From assembly GCA_965248755.1 (NCBI GenBank), contig OZ252149.1:1760001-1824000 (forward strand): DNA of 64,000 nt, written 5' to 3'. The translations under genes and the position numbers were made by a program. Position 1 is the stretch's first letter. Each line of letters starts with the position of its first letter. This DNA is from Candidatus Latescibacterota bacterium. Its GTDB lineage: Bacteria > Latescibacterota > CBDEFO01. The notes beneath the pieces are model-generated. The model ran no database searches and was not told the origin of the DNA. It worked only from the letters and a program-made list of their open reading frames with translations. Below are positions 1 through 7,802 of the stretch, piece by piece.

Positions 1-183
1 AGGACCCCTTAGACTTTTCACGTATCCCCCCCTCCTTAACAGCGTCAGGAGCTGAACGAGGTACTGTTCGGGGATATTCTGCCTTCGGGCTATGTCGGCA
101 CCTTGGACTTGTCCTTGACCGTAGTTAATAGCCAGATCGAATATCGCCCTTACACCGTAATCTGTCTTGGCTGAAAGTCTCAT
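1..183 (-). CDS. Rrf2-family transcriptional regulator (CymR/IscR-like), runs off the window edge
   Basis: Not in the ORF track. Manual translation from ATG at 183 gives MRLSAKTDYGVRAIFDLAINYGQGQVQGADIARRQNIPEQYLVQLLTLLRRGGYVKSLRGP, a classic Rrf2 N-terminus. The start overlaps the NIL gene stop (ATGA). Confidence 0.9.
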   Translation of the reverse strand, partial: MRLSAKTDYGVRAIFDLAINYGQGQVQGADIARRQNIPEQYLVQLLTLLRRGGYVKSLRGP

Positions 184-437
184 TCGACCACACTCTTTTC
201 TATAGGTTCTACAAGCACCCCGATCTTTTTGAGGTAAGACGCCGCTTTTTCGATCTCATCGTATTCCCCTATCATCTCCAGAGCGACAAGCCCCAATTCA
301 TCTGAGACACTGGCTGTCCTTATGTTCGTCACAATCTTGAATTTGTGACCGATCTCATGTATTATCGGCTTTTTTATCAGTTCACTTGAGAAGGTGAGAT
401 AGAACCTTCGGTTTATCTCCTCCGACATCTTCATCAT
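180..437 (-). CDS. NIL-domain protein
   Basis: 85 aa with PIIHEIGHKFKIVTNIRTA...GLVALE, a stand-alone NIL fold typical of sulfur-assimilation clusters. Confidence 0.8.
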   Translation of the reverse strand: MMKMSEEINRRFYLTFSSELIKKPIIHEIGHKFKIVTNIRTASVSDELGLVALEMIGEYDEIEKAASYLKKIGVLVEPIEKSVVE

Positions 438-832
438 CTCCTTTTGACCACAGAAACGGAGGTCTCCCTGGCCACTTTGGGATCTGCGGTATACTTCCTT
501 TTGCCCCTGTGGTTTAGTTTTTGGCTCTTGCAGCCAACCCCGATAGATTCAATCGGGGTTCCTCCGGCGATCGCCGGGACTATAGAGATGCTGTCTCCGG
601 AGTTTAGGGTGGTATCCTTCCCGTTCAAGAACCTTATGTCCTCATCGTTGACATAGACGTTGATAAAGCGTCTTATCTCCCCGCTCTCGTCTACGAGTCT
701 TTCCTTTATACCCTCAAATTGTGACTCCAAATGGTCAATAGCCTCAATCACGGTCGAAGCGTTTACCTCGACGCTAGGCTGATTATCTGTCAATCTCCTC
801 AAGGGAGTAGGTACCCTGACTGTAATGCTCAT
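434..832 (-). CDS. MoaD/ThiS-family sulfur carrier (CysO-like) with C-terminal extension
   Basis: VRVPTPLRRLT...RRFINVYVNDEDIRFL...SIVPAIAGG followed by about 41 extra residues. Strong RBS (AAGGAGG) upstream. Confidence 0.88.
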   Translation of the reverse strand: MSITVRVPTPLRRLTDNQPSVEVNASTVIEAIDHLESQFEGIKERLVDESGEIRRFINVYVNDEDIRFLNGKDTTLNSGDSISIVPAIAGGTPIESIGVGCKSQKLNHRGKRKYTADPKVARETSVSVVKRR

Positions 833-898
833 TTTCAACCCTCCTTATGTTAGACATGCTTGGATTCCCGAAAGGCAAAAAGGCACACACTGCACTAT

Positions 899-1357
899 TC
901 ACACGGCCTCCAGACCCACCTCCTCAAAGGTTCTCTCTTTTTCGTTCCACGCAAAGCACTTTGCATCCTGTACTTTTCCCTTCGTTACAGATATTACAAT
1001 ATAGAACGCTCCTCCGTATGCAGGCTCGTCGAAGAACAGGGCCCTTTGGGTGTCTTCCTGGGAAAAATAAGCTCCCCCATCGGGGTGAGAATGATAGAAA
1101 CCTTTGATCTCTTGACCCTTTTCTTCGGCCTCGGTAATGATTTTGTACTGTTCTTCGGGATCTATAAAGTATGCTATCCTGGCGTCTCTTGGGTGCTTAA
1201 CGGGGTCTTCTTCGTGCAGTCTATTCTGGATATTTGTACATCGGTGGACGTAAAGATCTGACGATCCGGTTATTATGCCACAGCACTCGTAGGGGTATTC
1301 TTCTACAGAGTGCTGGGACATCTTTTCTAAATTTTCCTTATCTATTCTGATCGGCAT
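899..1357 (-). CDS. JAB/MPN+ (M67) metallopeptidase, Mec/CysO-cysteine peptidase-like
   Basis: EEYPYECCG...YHSHPDGGAYFSQED JAMM motif; adjacent to the sulfur carrier and cysteine synthase. Confidence 0.88.
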   Translation of the reverse strand: MPIRIDKENLEKMSQHSVEEYPYECCGIITGSSDLYVHRCTNIQNRLHEEDPVKHPRDARIAYFIDPEEQYKIITEAEEKGQEIKGFYHSHPDGGAYFSQEDTQRALFFDEPAYGGAFYIVISVTKGKVQDAKCFAWNEKERTFEEVGLEAV

Positions 1358-2309
1358 TGTGTTTGCCAAAGTCCCACACCTTCGTGCTCAGGTATTTATC
1401 GCCTCCGTCTGGAAAGACTGTTACTATTACACCATCATCTATCCTGCTCGCCACGTCTAAAGCGACCTTCAAGGCGGCTCCTGAGGATTGACCTACCATT
1501 ACACCCTCGATCCTTGCAAGCTTCCTGGTCATTTCATACGCATCTTCGGTTTTGATCTGGATCTTTTCATCAAAGACGCTCTCATCGTAGATGCCCGGAA
1601 CAATGTTAGCATCCATATTCTTCAAGCCCTCGATTCCGTGAAATTCCTCCGGCTCGACAGCTATCACCCGGATGTCTTTATTGTATTGCTTTAACCTTCT
1701 CCCCGTCCCGACGATCGTTCCACTTGTTCCAATCGTTGCAATGAAGCAAGTTAACTCACCTTTGGTCTGTTCCCATATTTCAGGGCCAGTGGTGTCGTAG
1801 TGTGCCTTCCAGTTGGAATCGTTGTTATATTGATCGGGCTTGAAGTATAGATCTTTATTCTGCTCATAGATCCTTTGACATTCGATTTGAGCTCCGTCCG
1901 AGCCCTCCATCGCATCGGTGAAGACCATCTCTGCGCGGAAAGTTTCGAGCGTGAGCTTCCTCTCCCTGGAGACGCTTTGCGGCATCACGAGTTTCACACG
2001 GTAGCCCTTGACGACGCCGATAACAGCGTAGGCGATACCCGTGTTTCCGGATGTGGAATCTATGATAGTCTTATCTTTGGTAAGTTCGCCGGATTTTTCT
2101 CCGTCCTCGATCATCCTTAAAGCGGGACGATCTTTCACAGATCCGCCCGGGTTGAACATCTCAAGCTTGGCATAGACCCGGACGCCTTTTTTCAAGCCGT
2201 CCGCTTTACACGGAGTAGTCGCACTACTATGTAGCTTTCTTATCCTGAGGAGCGGAGTTTTACCGATCTGGGACAGTATATCGGAACCTATCGTCTCTAA
2301 TCTGTTCAA
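1338..2309 (-). CDS. cysM: PLP-dependent cysteine synthase (CysM-like)
   Basis: IGKTPL, NPGGSVKDR (PLP lysine), STSGNTG, GTSGT, FPDGGDKYLS. Confidence 0.85.
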   Translation of the reverse strand: MNRLETIGSDILSQIGKTPLLRIRKLHSSATTPCKADGLKKGVRVYAKLEMFNPGGSVKDRPALRMIEDGEKSGELTKDKTIIDSTSGNTGIAYAVIGVVKGYRVKLVMPQSVSRERKLTLETFRAEMVFTDAMEGSDGAQIECQRIYEQNKDLYFKPDQYNNDSNWKAHYDTTGPEIWEQTKGELTCFIATIGTSGTIVGTGRRLKQYNKDIRVIAVEPEEFHGIEGLKNMDANIVPGIYDESVFDEKIQIKTEDAYEMTRKLARIEGVMVGQSSGAALKVALDVASRIDDGVIVTVFPDGGDKYLSTKVWDFGKHNADQNR

Positions 2310-2320
2310 ATCTACCTGTG

Positions 2321-3559
2321 TTAAACTATGTAGTTATCGTCCACTAACTTGTCAAATTCGTCCAGAGTCGGTCCCATTATCTTGGCGCTGCCTATCTTAT
2401 CCATTACAACTTCTTGAGTCTTCAGCCCATTGCCAGTGATAGCAATTACGATAGACTCATCTTTCGGGATTATGCCCTGATCTATCAGCTTCTTGGTCGC
2501 ATAGACCGTCGTGCCCCCGGCAGGTTCGGTGAATATGCCTTCCGTTCTGGCTAAGAGCTTGATACCTTCGACGATCTCGTCGTCGGTAGCCGATTCTGCC
2601 CATCCTCTGCTATCTCTTACGGCTTTGAGAACATAGAAACCGTCTGCTGGATTTCCTATGGCGATCGATTTGGCGATAGTATGAGGTTTGACAGGCTCGA
2701 TTAAGTCTGCTCCCTTCTTGATGGCTGTGACCACAGGGCAACATCCGTCCGCCTGAGCCGAATAGACCTTCGTTCCGACATCTTCAACAAGACCCAGGTT
2801 ACACAGTTCACCGAAACCCTTCATAACCTTGGGCAGGATGGTTCCTCCAGCAGTCGGGATAACGATATGTTTAGGTAGTTTCCAACCGAACTGTTCGGCT
2901 ATCTCAAAGCCGTAAGTCTTGGCGCCTTCTGTGTAGTAGGGTCTCATATTTATATTGACAAATGCCCAGCCATATTTATCTGCTATCTCGCTGCAGAGAC
3001 GGTTCACTTCGTCATAGTTACCTTTCACAGCTATAAGGTTGGGATCGTATATCAAAGAGCCCACGACCTTTCCTTGTTCCAGGTCCGCGGGGATGAATAT
3101 GTATCTTTTGAGCCCTGCTTTTGCAGCGCCAGCTGAGACAGCGTTTGCAAGGTTTCCGGTGGAGGCGCAGGAGACGGTGTCGAATCCGAATTCGATGGCT
3201 TTGGTGATGGCTACCGAGACGACCCTGTCTTTGTATGAGAACGTCGGATGGCTCACAGAATCGTCCTTGATGTATAGCTCCTCGACGCCCAGCTCCTCAG
3301 CCAGCTGATCTGCCTTCAAAAAGGGCGTAAATCCCGAATGGAGTCCCAACTTCGTCTCACCCTCTACCGGAAGCAGTTCCCGATAGCGCCACAGATTTCT
3401 GGGCCTACCCTCGATAGCCCCTCTGGTCATGCTCTCCTTCACTTTCTCATAGTCGTAATCGACCTCTAAAGGCCCAAAGCATAACTCACATACATGCAGA
3501 GGCTCTGTCGGATATTCTTTGTTGCACTCCCTGCACCTCAATCCCTTGACGCAGCTCAT
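2321..3559 (-). CDS. thrC: Threonine synthase-family PLP enzyme with N-terminal Zn ribbon
   Basis: CREC...CELCFGPL, PTFSYKDR, CASTGNLA, IAIGNPADG, TGNGLK. Exact substrate uncertain given the operon context. Confidence 0.8.
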   Translation of the reverse strand: MSCVKGLRCRECNKEYPTEPLHVCELCFGPLEVDYDYEKVKESMTRGAIEGRPRNLWRYRELLPVEGETKLGLHSGFTPFLKADQLAEELGVEELYIKDDSVSHPTFSYKDRVVSVAITKAIEFGFDTVSCASTGNLANAVSAGAAKAGLKRYIFIPADLEQGKVVGSLIYDPNLIAVKGNYDEVNRLCSEIADKYGWAFVNINMRPYYTEGAKTYGFEIAEQFGWKLPKHIVIPTAGGTILPKVMKGFGELCNLGLVEDVGTKVYSAQADGCCPVVTAIKKGADLIEPVKPHTIAKSIAIGNPADGFYVLKAVRDSRGWAESATDDEIVEGIKLLARTEGIFTEPAGGTTVYATKKLIDQGIIPKDESIVIAITGNGLKTQEVVMDKIGSAKIMGPTLDEFDKLVDDNYIV

Positions 3560-3623
3560 CTTGGTACTTCTCCTATCTATCTACCCGAATAGAGCTTACA
3601 GTTCGACACTATCCAGAGATATC

Positions 3624-3651
3624 AAAAAACCCCTTCAAGATGAGAAGGGGC
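3624..3651 (-). terminator. Intrinsic terminator (expression platform of the SAM riboswitch)
   Basis: Minus strand GCCCCTTC-TCATCTT-GAAGGGGT-TTTTT. Its 5' arm TTCTCATCTT is complementary to the 3' strand of riboswitch P1 (AAGATGAGAA), giving an antiterminator alternative. Confidence 0.85.
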
Positions 3652-3685
3652 TCTACCGGGCGGACTATATTCAGATTATATCCCT

Positions 3686-3806
3686 TTCTCATCTTTCCCT
3701 ACAAAGGGTAGGAATTGGCACCTTCTCACAGGGCAAGCTTAAAGCTCTCCTTGCGGGGGTTGCCAAGGCTTCCATGGGCCAGCCCCTCAGCCTTTCTGGA
3801 TGAGAA
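3686..3806 (-). ncRNA. SAM-I (S-box) riboswitch
   Basis: Minus strand TTCTCATCCAGAAAGGCTGAGGGGCTGGCCCATGGAAGCCTTGGCAACC...GGTGCCAATTCC...GAAAGATGAGAA matches the S-box consensus; lies upstream of a sulfur amino-acid operon. Confidence 0.93.
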
Positions 3807-3819
3807 TACAACTAAATTG

Positions 3820-3848
3820 AATATAAGCGGAATACCTAATACTGTCAA
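3820..3848 (-). promoter_or_regulatory. sigma70-type promoter for the riboswitch/thrC operon
   Basis: TTGACA-N17-TATATT on the minus strand just upstream of the riboswitch. Confidence 0.8.
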
Positions 3849-3980
3849 GCACTTTTTCCCGTCTCAATTCCCCTGCACCTCAGTATTGTTGATGGAGATA
3901 ATCAACAATCTCAACAATAGTACTAATACAAATTTTATACAAAAATGTCAAGAATTATTTTAGCGCAACTGCGAGCCTAA

Positions 3981-4229
3981 CCCGATTAATTCATAAACTT
4001 GATGGAAGTCATTGCGTGGAGCAAAGCGGTCCCCGATTGAGTCTATCGGGGAAGCAATCTCAAGGTTTTATAGTAGTCTCCTATGTCAGCCGGAGAGTAT
4101 TACATCTACCACAGAATCCAGATTGCTTCGCCTTCGGCTCGCAATGACACCGAAGATGGTTAAACAGCATAACTATAATATAATACAATCCCTTAATTAA
4201 TACACGGCCTTTTTTGTAAATTATTCGGG
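3981..4229. mobile_element. MITE copy 1 (non-autonomous, about 250 bp)
   Basis: Imperfect terminal inverted repeats CCCGATTAATTCATAAA / TTTGTAAATTATTCGGG; 4-bp direct repeat CTAA at 3977-3980 and 4230-4233; closely similar inverted copy at 36491-36719. Confidence 0.85.
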
Positions 4230-5627
4230 CTAAAGGCCCTTTACAATCTCCTTAAAGATATTTCCTCTATCCTGAAAGTTTCTGAACATATCGTAACTTG
4301 CACACGCAGGAGAAAGCAGGACAGATTCCCCCTTTTCTGCCCGTTTGTGGGCTACAAGGACAGCATCCTTAAGAGATTGGCAGAAGATGAGGGGAAGGTC
4401 TCTATTTTCCCTTTGGACACTCTGAACTATCTGTTGGGCTGCATCGCCTATTAATAATAAGACCTTTACCCTCTTTGAGATAACCTTTGCCAATCCTTCA
4501 AACGGGATTCCCTTGTCGTATCCCCCGGCTATGAGAAGGACGGGCCGCTCGATTGACTTCAACGCGGTGACTGTCCGCTCTGGTGTGGTGGCTATAGAGT
4601 CGTTGTAGTACTCCACGCCATTCGCGCTCCTTACGAATTCCAGGCGATGTTCAACTCCTTCAAATTTCCCGAGGACGCGAGCAACAGTCCCGACATCCAC
4701 GCCAAAAGACAGAGCCACCCCGACAGCGGCCAGCGCGTTTTGCAGATTATGAACTCCGGGGACCTTCAATTCATCATACCTGCATATTTCAAGTTCTTCT
4801 CTATCTATCCTTGCCCTTATAAAGTTATCTTTGACGTACACACCCCTTCCAAGGGCTCTTTCCACACTGAAGAACAGAACGTCTCCAGGGCAGCAATCTT
4901 CCCACTTTCTTAAAGTATCGTCGTCATAATTTAAGAGAGTAATGTCGCCTTCAGTTTGATTTAGCACTATTGATCTTTTTGCCTCAATATACGCCTCCAT
5001 AGTTCTGTGCCAATCTATGTGATTCGTAGATATATTAGTGACCACGGATAGATGAGGGCTCAAGGCTATTGCTCTAAGTCTTTCCAACTGAAAGCTGGAA
5101 AGTTCAAGCACAACAGGCGTATTCCTGCCTATACTCTCCATCTGTTCAAGGAGGCTCTCTCCTATATTCCCTCCTACCAATGTGCCTGGGTCCCACTCTT
5201 TTAGAATCTTCCCTATCATACTTGTAGTGGTCGTCTTGCCGCTTGTCCCCGTCACACCGATTATGCGGCCGCTGCACCCTTTGAAAAAGAGGTTCATCTC
5301 AGTCTCCAAGGATGCGCCGCTTTTCTGGGCGATCTCGAGGTACTCAGAGTCCTTTGGGACGGCGGGATTGACTATTACAAAGTCTACACCTTTGAAATCT
5401 ACCGCCTGATGTCCCCCTAACTTCCACTCGATAGGCAGTCCCTTCAGGGCATCTACCGACTCTTTTAACTGAGTTTCGTCCTTCAAGTCGGTTACCGTGA
5501 CCTTAGCTCCCTTTCCCACAAGGTATTTAACCACCCCTAAACCTCCCCCAAATAATCCTAACCCCATAACAGTGGCACTTTTTCCCTTGAAATCTGGTAT
5601 ATTCAGAGAAGGACGATCTCTTTGCAA
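4230..5627 (-). CDS. murD: UDP-N-acetylmuramoyl-L-alanine--D-glutamate ligase
   Basis: GLGLFGGG, GVTGTSGKTTT, LELSSFQL, EHRLE, NDSIAT, LLSPACASYDMFRNFQDRG. Start moved to the TTG after a GGAGAG RBS. Confidence 0.95.
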   Translation of the reverse strand: MQRDRPSLNIPDFKGKSATVMGLGLFGGGLGVVKYLVGKGAKVTVTDLKDETQLKESVDALKGLPIEWKLGGHQAVDFKGVDFVIVNPAVPKDSEYLEIAQKSGASLETEMNLFFKGCSGRIIGVTGTSGKTTTTSMIGKILKEWDPGTLVGGNIGESLLEQMESIGRNTPVVLELSSFQLERLRAIALSPHLSVVTNISTNHIDWHRTMEAYIEAKRSIVLNQTEGDITLLNYDDDTLRKWEDCCPGDVLFFSVERALGRGVYVKDNFIRARIDREELEICRYDELKVPGVHNLQNALAAVGVALSFGVDVGTVARVLGKFEGVEHRLEFVRSANGVEYYNDSIATTPERTVTALKSIERPVLLIAGGYDKGIPFEGLAKVISKRVKVLLLIGDAAQQIVQSVQRENRDLPLIFCQSLKDAVLVAHKRAEKGESVLLSPACASYDMFRNFQDRGNIFKEIVKGL

Positions 5628-5876
5628 TCGTAGCTCTCCAGTTACAGATGTGAATATAGCAGCTTTTTTACAGCAGATGGAAAGACTACAACAAATATAA
5701 CAAATATCTGGCATCTAGCCAAACGTAAAGACACTCAAAATATAAAGAAAGAATTGCTTTTTGCATCCTTCATTAGTATATTAAGCTGCTTGGTATATTA
5801 AATGGAGATACTTACTATTGCGAAGGCGGGATTGTGGTTATTATCCCCTTAACGACAAAGTCGAGGGGAAATACGA

Positions 5877-6503
5877 ATGGATGAGGCAGTCCGCAAGGTT
5901 ACCGCATTTATAACACGGAAAAGAGATGGAGTAAAAGAGCTACTCGTATTTAAACATCCCACCGCAGGTATCCAGATCCCGGCAGGAACGGTTTCAGAAG
6001 GCGAAGATCTTGAAGTTGCCCTGAGGAGAGAGGTCTGCGAAGAAACTGGTCTAAAGAGCGTAGAAACCCAGGAATACCTGGGATGTCTTGAAAATGAACT
6101 GGAGGAAGCCGAAAGAGTAGTAGCCAGGACTACTTATGTCTATATCGAACCGGACTTAAACGCAATTCCTTACAGGCAAAAGTTGCCCAGGGGTCTTACG
6201 GTAAAGTGCAATTCTGTACATGAAGATTTCACGCAAATCTCATACACAGAATATTACAATTCTCCTGATATCAAGTATATCCTCCATGACTATACAGGAT
6301 GGGTTCCCAGTGAAAACCTGAGTGCTCAGAAGACGAGATATTTTTATCATCTAACAACGCTGGAAGAAACTGAAGATGAGTGGGAAGTGAAAGGCGATCC
6401 AGGCCATATTTTTAAGCCGCACTGGACGCCGCTCTCGCCAAAGCCTCAATTAGTGGAAAATCAAGATAAGCGGCTGGATTTTGTCTGGGAGAAGATTAGC
6501 TAA
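5877..6503 (+). CDS. NUDIX hydrolase with internal insertion domain
   Basis: Nudix box GTVSEGEDLEVALRREVCEETG. Confidence 0.85.
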   Translation: MDEAVRKVTAFITRKRDGVKELLVFKHPTAGIQIPAGTVSEGEDLEVALRREVCEETGLKSVETQEYLGCLENELEEAERVVARTTYVYIEPDLNAIPYRQKLPRGLTVKCNSVHEDFTQISYTEYYNSPDIKYILHDYTGWVPSENLSAQKTRYFYHLTTLEETEDEWEVKGDPGHIFKPHWTPLSPKPQLVENQDKRLDFVWEKIS

Positions 6504-6602
6504 ATTTCATTTTCTGGGATTATGCACCTTCAGTTCTTTCGTGCAGCCGAGTCTCTTCAAATTAATAAATTGAATTAAGCATCATTAACCAACGAAATAG
6601 AA

Positions 6603-7322
6603 ATGGAACTGCCCCTTTTCCCATTAAACGCAGTCCTGTTCCCGGGGATGAAATTGTCCCTGCACATCTTTGAGGAGAGGTACAAGCTTATGATAGACAG
6701 ATGCCTGGAAGGGGACAGGATTTTCGGAATTTCGCTCATAAAACTCGGCAGCGAGGTGGGGGACCCCGCCGTTCCGTACTCTGTGGGGACCACGGCCCAA
6801 ATTGTTCACGTGGAGAGGCTGGACGAGGGGCAGATGGACATTCTGACGAATGGAGGCCAACGCTTTGAAATATTGGACATGATTCAGGAGAGACCATATC
6901 TTGTGGGACGGGTTCAACTCCTTGTGGACGAACCGTCAGATGCCCTGAAGACAGAGCATCTTGCCGACAGCGTCAGGGGTCTTTTCAAGAATTACCTAAC
7001 TTATCTGATGAAGGTGATCGATGTTCCCCTAAAACAGCAATTATTCTTTCTTCTGGACATTAAGGGTAATCTGGCAGATGAGCTTCAGTTCCCTCTCGAC
7101 TCTACGGCATTGTCTCATCTGGTGGGATCCGGGCTTCAGGTAATACCCCAGGAGAAACAGCAGTTGCTAGAAGCGGTTTCCACTGAATCCATGCTCCAGA
7201 TGGAGCAGGCGATCTTAGAGCGCGAGAACAAGAGGCTTGAAGCTATTCTGTCTCAAAGGCGCAAATCCGAAAAGGAAATTTTGGACAAACTGTTAGGATC
7301 CGAGTACTTCTCGCGGAGTTGA
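6603..7322 (+). CDS. LON peptidase substrate-binding domain protein
   Basis: ELPLFPLNAVLFPG...LHIFEERYKLMI...VGTTAQI N-terminal Lon domain; no AAA+ or protease part. Confidence 0.88.
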   Translation: MELPLFPLNAVLFPGMKLSLHIFEERYKLMIDRCLEGDRIFGISLIKLGSEVGDPAVPYSVGTTAQIVHVERLDEGQMDILTNGGQRFEILDMIQERPYLVGRVQLLVDEPSDALKTEHLADSVRGLFKNYLTYLMKVIDVPLKQQLFFLLDIKGNLADELQFPLDSTALSHLVGSGLQVIPQEKQQLLEAVSTESMLQMEQAILERENKRLEAILSQRRKSEKEILDKLLGSEYFSRS

Positions 7323-7343
7323 TGTAAAGGACACTGGTACGAA

Positions 7344-7793
7344 ATGGGATATCACATAAACGAACGGACTTTAAGAAAATGGGCGCATGAACACTTATCT
7401 GTAGAACCCGCCAAAAATGGAGTCGTCAGCTTCTCATTCAAATACGAGGGGAGCACGTGTTCGTCGGGAGGGATCGAGATAGATTCTCGTATCGTAATCG
7501 TACTGGAGAAGGACAAAGACAAATATATCATAAAGGACGCCGATATAGAAGTGTCTTTTGAGGACGACGGGATGCAAAGGACGTGCAGTTTTCAGGAGAA
7601 CGGCCCAGATTTTTTGATAAAAAACATCAGCGTCACAAAAATTGTGGGTCAGAATTTGGAGGATGTTCTACAGAGCGATGAAAGCTGCAATCCCGCCGGG
7701 TGCTTTTGCAGCCCTGCCAACGTGATGCACAAGTGGTACATCGCCTTAAATACGATAGACTACTATCTCAAGAACCCTGAATCCAATCGCTAA
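7344..7793 (+). CDS. Hypothetical Cys-rich protein
   Basis: 149-aa ORF with RBS (AAGGA); motifs GSTCS, RTCS, CNPAGCFC, HKW. Confidence 0.65.
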   Translation: MGYHINERTLRKWAHEHLSVEPAKNGVVSFSFKYEGSTCSSGGIEIDSRIVIVLEKDKDKYIIKDADIEVSFEDDGMQRTCSFQENGPDFLIKNISVTKIVGQNLEDVLQSDESCNPAGCFCSPANVMHKWYIALNTIDYYLKNPESNR

Positions 7794-7802
7794 AAGAAAA
7801 TT

